From Octopus bimaculoides (lineage: Eukaryota): DNA of 63,869 bases. Location: assembly GCF_001194135.2 (NCBI RefSeq), contig NC_068981.1, positions 71,379,128 through 71,442,996 of the forward strand. Reading direction: 5' to 3'. The translations under genes were made by a program, and so were the position numbers. Positions 48,448 to 60,127 of this stretch are shown here, one piece after another (the first letter of the stretch is position 1; each line of letters begins with the position of its first letter). The notes under the pieces were generated by a model. The model ran no database searches. It had not been told where the DNA came from and was given only the letters and a program-made list of their open reading frames with translations.

Positions 48448-49120
48448 TTGAGGTGGTATAAAAATGTTCCCGGACTAGTTATGTTTAATAAAAAATAACT
48501 TATTTGCCTAAATTTTAACATCATTTCCTTCGAAATAGTCATCTTGCGTAGCTATACACCGGTCCCAGTGTTCCTGCCACTTTTGGAATCCAGCCTGAAA
48601 GTCGTTTTCCGTAAAGAAGTCTAGGACCTTTTGCGATTCGCTCTGGATCTCGACAACGGTGTTAAAACGGTGACCTTTGAGCTGCATTTTCATCTGGAGG
48701 AATAGGGCGGTTGCAGAAGCGATACCATGTTGTTTTGAGCGAGAAACTCACGAGTGAGGAGAGCTCGATGACAGGGTACAACGGCGTCGTGAAGAATATC
48801 CAATTCTTTGCACTCCACAGATCCGGTCGCTTTCGACGAATGTCTTCACCAAAATGCTTCAAAATGTCGCAGTAAAACTCTCAATTGACAGCCTGACCAT
48901 GGGAGACGTTCTTCCGCTTTTGAAGGGCTCATGCCACTCGAAACATTGTGTACGACCCATTGCCTCGTTGACGTAAGCTTGCCGAAGAATGCTCAATGCT
49001 TCTATAGCAGACTTCCCAAGTTTAACGCAAAATTTCACGTTGGCTCTTTGTTCCTGACCATGACAAAATCGAAGATTACAGCATACACGTGATCGCAAAA
49101 GCACAAATTTCACAACTTGC
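48448..49120 (-). mobile_element. Internally deleted mariner relic
   Basis: NVKFCVKLGKSAIEA..., IRRKRPDLW, LKGHRF...WQEHWDRCIATQDDYFEG; one TIR-like end at 48448-48476. Confidence 0.88.
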
Positions 49121-49450
49121 TATGTATTTGTACATATACATATGTATGTGTGTGTGCATGTATATATCTTTTTTGCATATGTCAGGATGTGCTCTTCTAT
49201 GAGTAAGTACGTATATATGTATATATTTATGCGTCTATGTATGTTTGTATGTTTGTATCTATTTATATGTGTGGGGGTGTATGTGTGTTTGAGTATGTTT
49301 GTATATATTCATATGCGTATTTGTGTGTGTGTGAATACAAGTGTGTTTATATTAAAATATACATATGTGCGTACGTGGGTCTGAATATATGTCTGTATAT
49401 ATCTATATGCATGTATATTTGTACTTGTGTATATGTATGCATGATGCTTT

Positions 49451-49459
<9 letters not shown>

Positions 49460-49517
<58 letters not shown>

Positions 49518-49640
49518 AAAAGAAAGAGAGAGAGAAAGAAAGATAGAGAGAGAAAGAAAGAGAGACAGAAAGAAAGAGAGAGAGAGAAAGAAAGAGAGAG
49601 AGAGAAAGAAAGAGAGAGAGAGAAAGAAAAAGAGAGAGAA
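49460..49640 (+). repeat. (GT)n then a (GA)/(GAAA)-rich polypurine tract
   Basis: Read directly. Confidence 0.95.
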
Positions 49641-50146
49641 CCATTTGCAAAACTTTTTAATGTTTACATTCTTTTACAATTCTGCAACAAGTAATCGCTG
49701 ATGTCAATGTCAGTTCATAAAAAAGTCGTTTGTCCTACATTGACTACATTAAGTTAACGATGACGAAATAAGATAAATGGCAATATAATCGATATTGAGG
49801 TTGATGATGATGAATTTAAAGTTTACGTTGACGAGATTGAGATTGGTAATGACGAATTTGTGGGGAAGACCCTGAACTTTTAGTAAAAGTCTGGATCGTA
49901 TATGTAGGTCCATGTACAATATTGCTTTAGACCAGTAGTTCTTGACCGGGGTTTATATGGCCCCTGAGGGTCCATATAAGATTTTGCTGGGGTCTATGCA
50001 ACAAAATAGTAAATTAGGGGATCCACAATAGTATTCTAAGAACCCCTGAAAAATTTTGATTTAGATGTATGTATTTGTATATATTCCAAGAAACTGCTAG
50101 ATTTCTTTCTCTAACATTTTACATTGTTCAACCTACATAAGTTAAA

Positions 50147-50994
50147 GGATATTTTTGATTTGACGGGCAACACTTTTCATTAATGTTTTATGTAGTGTTT
50201 TTGGTACCGAAACACTTTCAAACTTCGTATACTTGTATATTTTGTGTTATAGAACAGATAAAAATTTTTGTATTCGAAATTATTTCATGTAAAAAAAATT
50301 GTCGTATTTCGGTAATTTCAACCAATCACTGACGTCTATTGAGGTGAAAACAATTACTGCCGTGGAATGTAAACAACGGTGTCATGGGATCTTTTCCCTT
50401 GAATAAAATTAGTGCCGTTGTTTGTCAAGAACAACTACCCGTGTTACTCTTATTTATGACATCGTTCCTGCGTTTGTACTGGTTTTAGCTTTAGGGTTTT
50501 AGGGTTAGGGTTCGGGTTTTATAGTTAGGGTTAGTTTTAGGATTACGGTTAGGGTTATGATTATTTTTGCCATAACCTCACTCATAACCCTAACCCTAAC
50601 CCTAAAACCCTATAACTCATAACCATAACCCTAACCCCAACCCCAACCCTAACCTTAAAACCCTAACCCTAACTCTAAAACCCGAACCCTAACCCTAAAA
50701 CCCTAAACCCTTACTAGGGAATAATGATATAATTAAACAGGGAATAACACTCTTGACACGGGTAAAAAATTATTGTTTATAAAAAGAGCAGTAACTGTAT
50801 TCAGCTGAATAGACGTCAGTAATCGGTTGAAATTACAGAAATACAACTTTTACATGAAATAACTTGCAATATATAATTTTTTGTTAAGAAAGCTATGAGA
50901 AAAAGATGTTTTATATGACACATTCTACCAGTATCCCAAGTTTGAAAGTGTTTCGTTAAGAAAACAAGTGTTGCCCGTCAAATCAGAAAGATCC
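50147..50994. mobile_element. Foldback (palindromic) MITE with telomere-like inner arms
   Basis: Long imperfect inverted arms starting GGAT...GATTTGACGGGCAACACTT; perfect 8-bp TSD AAGTTAAA at 50139-50146 and 50995-51002. Confidence 0.88.
50483..50710. repeat. Degenerate TTAGGG/TTTTAGGG array (50483-50559) facing a CCCTAA/CCCTAAAA array (50571-50710)
   Basis: Read directly from the sequence. Confidence 0.95.
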
Positions 50995-51371
50995 AAGTTA
51001 AAAGTTAATATGAACAAAATAGGCATTTTCAAAGAAATTTCTATAAAACTAGTTTTTAAATATCGACTGGCTATGGAGGTCCACCAGAATAAAATAGTAA
51101 CCAAAGGACTCCATAGATAAAAAAAATGGTTGGAAACCCTGCTTTAAACCTATGTTCAGACTTCAAATAACAATATTCGTCAATGGATTCAAATCGTTTC
51201 TCTTCTATTCTGGTTGTTCAAAGTTCAAAGGATGAAGGTTTGCTGATCAAACGTGTATGTGTCAATCGACTATACCATTACTGACACTTTGCATTTGGTA
51301 TTGCAAATCCTTTGGTTCTGCTTATTTACTCTACTCAATCTGTTAGAATTAGCGAAATATGCCAAATTTCA

Positions 51372-51569
51372 GTCGTGATTGTGTAAGAAGCTTGCTTCCC
51401 AACCCCATAGTCCCGGATTCAGTCTCACTGCCTGGTTCCTTGGGTGAGTGTCTTCTACTATAGCCTCGGAGCGACTAAGGCCTTGTGAGTGGATTTGGTA
51501 GACGGAAACTGAAAGAAGCCCATCGTATATATGTATGTGCATGCGTGTGTGTGCATGCGTGCGTGTGTA

Positions 51570-51621
<52 letters not shown>

Positions 51622-51826
51622 CCTTCGTGTCTGTCACCCACCATCGCTTGACAACTGGTGTTAGCGTCTTTAGGTCCCCGTAATCTAGCGATTCAGCAAA
51701 AGGGGCCGATAGAATAAGTACCAGGCTTAACAAAAAGTAAGTACTGGAGTCGACTCATTCGACTAAAAATTCTTCAGTGCGGTGTCCCAGCATGACCGCA
51801 ATCTAATGACTGAAACAAGTAAAAGA
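51372..51826 (+). mobile_element. SINE family B, full length
   Basis: Same architecture as the 14527 copy. Confidence 0.85.
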
Positions 51827-53860
51827 GAAATGATAAAATATAATTCTATAGAATCCCACTCTGCAGTCATAAATACATAAGGATACATTGAATAATGTAA
51901 ATGGTAATATATAAATTGATAGGATGGTTACAGCTGGAAAGTTTTCGGTCAATAACGACACAATAAACAAGGCTATAAAATGCGCACCAGCTTACCTCAG
52001 CAACTAACTCGCCGCTTTTGTTCTTTGGAATAGTGATTCATTTTGAATAGGTAGAAACTAAAGACATCTATGAATTTAGATGGCTAAGTTATACTACCAC
52101 TTGACATATGAGTATCTTTAGTAGAGTCTAGTCTATTTTAAGCCTTCGAACTCCATCCTGAAGATAACTAAATAACTCAATTTTTAGTTTTCTTTGTAAT
52201 GTCATACTTTTGATATAGGAGTTTGCTAGTAGAAGACCTCCATCAGATAAGAAAGACTGATCTTTTTGCTGGTAGGCTCACTGGCTACCACTGACTTGCA
52301 TCTGAACTACTTTCTGGGACCCAAGTAATGGTTAGCTGTAACTTCTGAATACCGATTTCTTCTTCCATTTCTCTACCAGACTCCTACAAAGGTTAGGATT
52401 GTTTGTTGAAATACCACAAAGGTTATTAATAATTGACTAAATGCAAGTAATTCTAAGTATATTACTTATACCTACTTTAAAGGTGATGGTGAAATGAGAG
52501 GTAAAGCTTACGCCAGTTAGTTGGTTTTAGAAGGCAGAGGTAAGAAACTACTGCATTATTTCTGAAAAGAGGCCACTCGCTAAGAACCTTAGCCATGAAC
52601 ACATTTCAGCTCCAATGAAAGAATATGAAGCGTAGATATTTCCAGTCATTAATACGATAACTTATTAATTTAAAGCGAAACAAATCATTGTTGCTATTGT
52701 CGTGCTGTTTTCGCTTCTTTTGTTATGTTTTTTTAATTATTTTGCTTTGTAAATAATAAATTCCTATATTGTTGTTTTTTTCCATGCATGAAACCGTAAA
52801 TTTACCCTCTGGAATACTGCGTGGCACTGTTTCCCCTGCTATTGCCTCAAAACATTTATTTATTGCATAGGCACGACTTCACATTTTTGTAAAATAATAT
52901 TGTTGCGTATAGATATGAATTCTGATATATAAAAAAACAAATTCAAACTCGGTGCTATTTACACACTAAATGTATTGAGACGTTAATATCAGAAGGCATT
53001 TTTTGAGAGCTCCTTTGTTTCTGATAGTTTTGCTTTCTCCAAAATATTAACAAGGTAAATAAAAAAAAAAGTTAGATTCCATTTCATATATACGTGGGCG
53101 TTTGTTGATGCGTGTGTGAAATAGACAGAAAAGGGAATTGGTAGAAATGAATAGGAAAATGTGAGCTGTAAGTAGAAAACGGAATCTAAGTGTAGGCTCC
53201 TACTATTTTTCACGCCCACATGTGAATATTTTTTAAGACACAAAACTAGTCTTTTGTAGATTCAGGTTTTGCTAGGTTATCTTTCTTATTTTCTTCTTTC
53301 TTTTAGTTTGGGTTTTATTTTCGGAATTGTCATTGTTTCTACTCATCTTTGTCCTTGAAATTGTTATTGATCTTGTTTTGGCTTTTATAATGACAAGTTA
53401 TTTGATTTGGAATTATAGTAATATGTGGGGGAGTTATAGAAATATAAAGAAAATGCTCTTACACACTAATGATGTCATTTCAAGTTGTCTACTTAAATGA
53501 TATTGTAATATAATTGCAATGTAAAATTATTTTACTGAATTTGAAGTTCGTTCCAATGTTGAGAAAAATATACCTTCTATAGTAACTAAATGAACATGAA
53601 AAATTAGGAAAGAGCATAAAATCGTTTGCAACAGAAAATTTAAGAGATATTAAACACGATGAACCAGAAAACGACATAGATGAAGAAACGCATAAAGAAT
53701 AAACAAGAAAATCATAAAAATACGTATAAAAATATTTGGCTTAAATTTTACTAGACAAAAAGGAATTTTATTTTTAATTGAATAAGAATTTGGAAGCTAT
53801 AATATTTGGGACAGTGGGAGTTATACAATAACATCAAATGTAAATGTCATCGATAGCTAT

Positions 53861-54075
53861 AGGCGTGGCTGTAAAAGCGCAGGCGTGCTGTGTAGGCGCA
53901 GGCGTGGCTATGTAGGCGCAGGCGTAGCTGTGTGGTAAGAAAACTTGCTTCCTAACTACATGGTTTCAGGTTCAGCCCCACTGCGTGGCACTTTGGGCAA
54001 GTGTCTTCTACTTTAGCCTCAGGCTGACCAAAGCCTTGTGAGTGGATTTGCTAGGCGAAACTGAAAGAAGTTTGT
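53861..54075 (+). mobile_element. SINE family B 5' half with a fourfold-repeated head
   Basis: Four ~20-bp aggcgt(g/a)gct units precede the normal body. Confidence 0.85.
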
Positions 54076-54106
54076 CAGGTGTGAATATATGTATGTATAC
54101 AAGGTG

Positions 54107-54200
54107 TACGTGTGTATGTATATACGTGTGTATGTATATACGTGTGTATGTATATACGTGTGTATGTATATACGTGTGTATGTATATACGTGTGTATGTA
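54107..54200 (+). repeat. 16-bp minisatellite (tacgtgtgtatgtata), about 5 copies
   Basis: Read directly; lies in the microsatellite zone after the SINE B half. Confidence 0.85.
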
Positions 54201-54649
54201 TGTATGTATACAAGGTGTACGTGTGTAGGTGTGAATATATATATGTATACAAGGTATATATACTTACGTGTCTAGGGGCGACAATACATATAGATACACA
54301 TATATGTGGGTGTGCACTATCCATATACATATGAGTACGAGTTATATGTGTAGATATTGATATGTATAAACATCTGTATAAATAAAATATATATATATAT
54401 ATATAAATGTCTAATGTATACATATGTATACATTCTCATATGCTTTTATTCTAGTACTGACCTGTCCAACCATCTAAATTCCTAAATTCTTCTTTCTATA
54501 CTAATACCTCCTTTCTCTACTCCATCATTTAGACTCCATCACTGCAATTGACACTCCTTAATGCTTTATGTCTCTGTCTCCATAAACCCCATTCCTTCTA
54601 TCTTTCTACACAATCTAATACCTTTCTCTCTCTTTCACCATTCATAAAG

Positions 54650-55505
54650 TGAAAACCGCCATTCAGCCCAAAGAAGTGAAGATAAGGTCCGTGGAAAAAA
54701 TAATTCACAACCATTTGCACATGCAGAAGTTATCTGCAAGATAGAATTCCCGGATGCTCACATCTTTTCAGAAGCAGGAACGAGTCAATTGCTCTCAGGT
54801 TCTTTTGGCAATGTACCTAGAAAACGAGGAGAACTTTTCTGCAGACTTGTCACACAGGATGAAACATGGGTCCATCACTATGATCCTGAGACTAAAGTCC
54901 AGTCGAAGCAATGGAAGCATGGTAACGCACCACCTCCAAAGAAGGCTCGAGTCCAACCCTCAGCAGGCAAGGTGATACTCACAGTCTTTGGGACCAGCGC
55001 GGAGTAGCGATGGTGGGTTTTCTGGCAAAGGGCACCAAAATTAACAGGACATATGCTTCTCTACTGCAGAAATTGCGGGACGCCATCAAAGCAGAGAGGC
55101 ATGGCATGATCACTAAAGGAGTCCGCCTCCTCCGAGACAATTCCCCAGCTCACAATGTGCATGTTGCCCAGAAGAAAGCACACTCCTGCAGCTATGAAAT
55201 TCTTCCTCGTCCCCCTTACTCTCCCGACCTCGCACCATCTGACTTCCACTTCTTTCCAATCATGAAGTATTGTTTGAAGGGGAAGCACTTTTCGGAAGAT
55301 GAACTTATTTACGAGGTAAAGTCTTGGCTCCAGACGTAACCTATTGGCTTCTATAGACGAGGTCTTTGCAGCTACATAAAACGATGGGGGAAGTGGTCAC
55401 CATTAGTGATGGCTATGTAGACAAATACTAATAACTGTACTAAGTTTCGTTTATCCCAGTCCTTGGGAAGTGGGTCAGAGGAAATCTTTAATGAACATCC
55501 TTTGC
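54650..55505 (+). mobile_element. 5'-truncated mariner relic (DD34D)
   Basis: LVTQDETWVHHYDPETK, LLRDNSPAH and PPYSPDLAPSDFHFF in ORFs 54789-55007 and 55010-55339; TIR-like end near 55470-55505. Confidence 0.92.
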
Positions 55506-55538
55506 ATATATATGTATATATACATGTACACATACACA

Positions 55539-55581
<43 letters not shown>

Positions 55582-55584
55582 TGT

Positions 55585-55745
55585 CAAAAATCCCAACATT
55601 GCCATTAGGATACAGGACCAAACATCTTGGGTTTCAAGAGCCCGCAGCATTACAATATCTTCCCAAAATTCCTGATTAGTTCGACTATACCACTCACGGC
55701 GCTGCCAAACATGGACTCAGTCCAGTGACTGAAACATGTAAAAGA
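55585..55745 (+). mobile_element. Second short 3' end of the same LINE type
   Basis: KIPTLPLGYRTKHLGFQEPAALQYLPKIPD followed by the same tail (ccaaacatgg...gactgaaac). Confidence 0.5.
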
Positions 55746-55794
55746 CGTATATAAACTATAATCTGTAAAAACGTTGTTAATGTTTTATTTCTTA

Positions 55795-56096
55795 ATGCTT
55801 AGCGGTATTTCGTCTGTCTTCAGGTTCTGAGTTCAAATTCTGACGAGGTCGACTTCACTTTTCATCTTTTCAAGGTCAAAAAAGTAAGTACTAATCGAGT
55901 ATTGAAGTCGATATAAACGACTTAACCCCTTCCCTCGATCTTGTTGGCCTTGTGCCAAAATTTGAAACCAATATTTTAATTGTTTCTTAAGGCTGTGAAT
56001 TGACAAAATGCTTAACATTTCGTCCGTCTTTAAGTCTTGATTTCAAATTCCTCCGAAGTTAACTTCGCCTTTCATCCATTCGGGGTCGATAAAATA
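55795..56096 (+). mobile_element. Two tandem partial SINE family A copies
   Basis: Family core motifs at ~55795-55970 and ~55990-56096. Confidence 0.75.
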
Positions 56097-56646
56097 ACTC
56101 CATCCTACGAAAATAACCTACCTGGTTACACCATAGATATTTTACACTGCTAAGAAAGTGAGTGTGAAAATTATATTTGCTAACTTGCATAGTTTAGCTT
56201 CCATGTAAGCCTTGATCGAGTAGCTTTGGCATTTCGGCAGATAGTCAATGGGACCTCCACAAATTCATTGGTTCAGATATACAGTTCATCCATCCAGTTG
56301 AGGACTACAGTTTGTACTCCGAAATGCAGTATTTTTTATCGTGCTTCTTTACACTGTCTCGTATGTTCCTATATACTGGTAATTTTTCTGATAGTCATCA
56401 TAGTGAAGGTGGGCGAGAAGTGAATCATACCATGACACTTGTTCTTCTATACCATTAATGGTGAGAATTCCAAGACAGAATTTCAGCTAATTAGCAAGTT
56501 AATAATCATTTTTGTATATCTTTATGTTTGTGTGTTTTGTCTGTTAGAAATAATAGCTAATCAGTGACTCGTCCGTTCGTGTAGTTTCTTTTATGTTTTC
56601 TTGGTCTGAGTTTGAAGTAAAGTATTCTTACGAATTATAGTAATAT

Positions 56647-56948
56647 TTTCTTTCTTTTTTCGCCCTTTTCAATCCTAGCCAGGCTCATGGGCCCGGTTTC
56701 CCGGTTTCTATGGCGTATGTGTTCCCCGCCAGTCCATCGCAGCGTTACTCAAGAAACAGGAAGAAAGAGTGAAAGAAAGTTGGGGCGAAAGAGTACAACA
56801 GGGGTCGCCACCACCCCCCTGCCGGAGCCACGTGGAGCTTTAGGTGTATTCGCTCAATAAACACACACAACGCCCGGTCTGGGAATCGAAACCGCGATCC
56901 TCCGACCGCGAGTCCGCTGCCCTAACCACTGGCCCATTGCGCCTCCAC
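56647..56948 (-). mobile_element. tRNA(Arg)-like SINE family C, CpG-rich
   Basis: Minus-strand head ggaggcgcaatgggccagtggttagggcagcggactcgcggtcggaggatcgcggtttcgattccc with A and B boxes, unique body and A-rich tail. Confidence 0.8.
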
Positions 56949-57599
56949 ATAGTAATATTTTGCTTTGTCGGAAATGTTTCAAGACGTTTGGGAGCGGTTT
57001 TTACACATAGTAACAGTGTCTTTAATGACTAGAGATTGCTGTGTTCCTTACAGATCTAGGAAGTCTTTCATCCCGGCTTTTTTTTTTTTGTTTTTTTTTG
57101 TTTCTTCGTGCCAAGATTTACTGTCGAGAGTAGTTTGTGTTTTGCGGGTGTTTTATGGTCTGTTGTAGTTTGTTGTGAAGAGGTATGGTACCTAGACACA
57201 ATTAATATAATGTATAATGGATTTAATATATTTTTTAAACACTAATATTCTAGTTTTTTTCCCATGTTGTTGAAAAGTGACCATGAAAGCCACGTGATTT
57301 TGTGCTGTTTTGCGTTCTTGAGTACGTTTTCTTTGCTGAGAATGTTGTGGTGGTTTGTCTTCTATATGCATGTAAGATATATGTGAGGATAATTAGCTGT
57401 AACTTTTGGTCTCCGGTGCTGCTGGCAAGAAGTGAGATTAGGAATTGGGTAGGTATTATTTTTTCGTCTATTTGGAGTTAGCTTTTTAGATGGTTTTGTG
57501 AGTTGAAGTAGTAGAGCAGTTATCTCTAGAAAATGATGAGAAGACGTAACAGTAATGTCATGAGTATATGATGATGTTTGTATGCTTTGGGGAGATACA

Positions 57600-58100
57600 A
57601 GAAAAACTGTATAAGTATTAGAAAAAAAATTTTTTATCATAAAAAAAAAGAATAGAGTGAACAGAATATTGCATGTTCGGGAAATTACAAATTTTAGATG
57701 TGGTGTTATTGTACAGTACATGACTCAGAATGGTACGATGTCTTGTTATCAATTTGGTTTACCGACCCGAGACATGGCTCGCAAAAAGCATTTTGTTATT
57801 TCTGGTCTTTCTACGTAACTTTGTTGTATTCATGACGGATATCATTATCTATTAATTGTCAAGTTCCATTTAACTCCTAATAGGTTCCGTGAGAGATGTA
57901 ATTCATCGAGCAACTATTCAGTAGATAATATTGAGTAATGCTTCATTAGCTTGAAATGCGAAGTTCAACACATCGTAATAGCTTGGAGCAAGTAGAGTTA
58001 AGCTAATCCAATGTATTTTCTAAAATAGTTTTTCCCATTTTGTTTTAAGTTATTGTTCAATAGTAGATATTTCTAATTACACAAAATCAAGCCATTAACT
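57600..58100 (-). mobile_element. Very degenerate Penelope-like endonuclease relic
   Basis: Minus-strand KYIGL motif and weak downstream resemblance only. Confidence 0.25.
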
Positions 58101-58510
58101 AGTCTATTCCACTTATTTAAGATGAAATATCTTTGGATATTTTCTAAGCTAATTTTGCAGAGGATACCACATAACCAATTAAAGTTACTTCAATTATTAC
58201 AGCAACTTTTCGTATTTTCCACAATGGTACTAAAGATAATGATAACCCAATCTGGGTTCTAAGTAAAAACGTGAGAAAACGAGGTAAATATTACATTAAT
58301 CCTATTTCGGCCAGAGTTCTTTCGTCACACTTCTGTGACTTCATCAGTGGTCCTTTGCTTTCTTCTTTCTTATGTGTGTCTCACCTTGCTAACTATCAGC
58401 CATTTTGTATTTCAGTGCGTGTGTTTTTATTGGCTAAACTGGCAATATGACCATCCCCAAGTACAAAAACATCTGTTTCAACACACGATTTCACATCAAA
58501 AATCTTGCAA

Positions 58511-58576
<66 letters not shown>

Positions 58577-58857
58577 CCATGATTCGGTGGCCAGAAATAA
58601 AATCTCAAATTTCTCATTTTCCCTCTCTATCAATGTAAAGACAGAATCTCTACACAAGACAGAATCAACAAGGAGAATCATTTTTTTCAAAAATTCCAAA
58701 CACTTCTTAATATGCAAAGTACACGGTGACCGTATTCTTTTTTCTAACCTACCTCATTAAATCTAAGAACAGACATAAGCATCCTGTTGACAAAGAATCC
58801 AGCATTCCAATTAAAGAGTACAAACCCACAGAATTATCTCCCCTTATCCACAGGATA

Positions 58858-59142
58858 ACCATCCAGCCTTCTTGAAAAAAAAAAACACTACACAGAAACA
58901 CGTGCATCTTAACCCTTCCAACAAGTTTCTCCAAGGAAAATTAGTGAACTTCAAAAGACATTATGATGTATTGGTATATTTATTCATTTATATACTTATT
59001 ATTTTTTGAAAAAAACTTTTTTTTTTCTCCTTATCTTGAAAATTTGCCGTGCAATGAAAGCCGGTTTGAAATCTTTTTGAAATCCTTACACACATTTATA
59101 TTAAAATATGCTTTCAGTTTAGCATTCTGCCTTATTATTTTT
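58858..59142 (+). repeat. Unclassified dispersed repeat, copy 2
   Basis: Direct match to 22570-22854. Confidence 0.85.
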
Positions 59143-59967
59143 GCCTTTCCTATATATATATATAACATATATTCTTAACTTCACGGTCTGTTTATGCAAA
59201 TAGGTACCAGAATTAGTAGACGGTATTATAAGGAGTATGAACACAGAAAAATTGACTGACGTTTCATTATGGTAAATCTCGAATTCAGCATCGTCATCAG
59301 TTAATCAGTAGGAAAGTCGGATGACTTGAATTGCTGCGATGAATGAAGACCTTATCGTTCGTCAGCGAAGGAGTTGCGGAGGAAAAGTGATGCGATTCCT
59401 TACACCAACTTAATTTTCGTAGTGTTTTTTTAGCTTGAATGCAGATTTCAACTCTTCCTGTAGGTATAACTCGGGCAGACTATGCCAAATTAATTCCCCC
59501 TAAGTACGCTGTATAAAGACAAACTCTTCAGTGTGTCTCCAACAATACGAAAAAATTTATAACATATCAAAGGATAACAACCACAGAATTCTATAAACTT
59601 ACTTAGGTTATCAAGTAATATTTTTCTTTCATCTACTGATAGCTTATTTTAAGTGATTTACTTTGGATGAAGAGGAATTAAAATTGCTATTGTTAGAATG
59701 TATTTTCGGACAGTTGGATCGTTACTGGATGTTTTGAAAAGAAGTATCCTTAAGTTTGAAAAATTACTAAAATTATTTAGAAAACATCGTTTTCAAAAAT
59801 AATTTTTCAGTAGGAACCGCAAAATTACGAGTGATCATGAATTAACGATGTAGTTGCACTTCTCTAATTGTAAAGAATTCATATAACATTCAAACTGATA
59901 ACACCCACTGAGACTTAAAAACTCACCTGTTATAGTTTTGCTTGATCTCTGTCAATCAAAACATTCA

Positions 59968-60075
59968 CCTATGTATGTATGTATGTATGTATGTATGTAT
60001 GTATGTATGTATGTATGTATGTATGTATGCATGCATGTATGTATGTATCTCTCTCTTCCCCCCTATTTCTCTCTC

Positions 60076-60127
<52 letters not shown>
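59968..60127 (+). repeat. (TATG)n and (CTAT)n microsatellites
   Basis: Read directly. Confidence 0.95.

Larger units (their letters stand above)
49933..51141. mobile_element. hAT (Charlie/MER5-like) non-autonomous element interrupted by a nested insertion
   Basis: Ends CAGTAGTTCTTGACC and GGTTGGAAACCCTG; 8-bp TSD ctttagac (49925-49932) / ctttaaac (51142-51149). Confidence 0.8.

Noticed and set aside
50483-50710. Ancient telomere-telomere chromosome fusion site
   Set aside because: The arrays lie inside inverted arms bounded by a perfect 8-bp TSD and nested in a hAT element, so transposition explains them better.
53270-53470. Hydrophobic open frame resembling a membrane-protein exon
   Set aside because: T-rich low-complexity sequence, no recognisable motif and no donor site.
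56870-56948. Functional tRNA-Arg gene
   Set aside because: The acceptor stem does not close convincingly and the head runs into a SINE body with an A-rich tail.
59250-59305. Additional minus-strand hammerhead (CUGAUGA...GAAA...GUC)
   Set aside because: Core words are present but stems I and II do not pair properly; at best a decayed relic.
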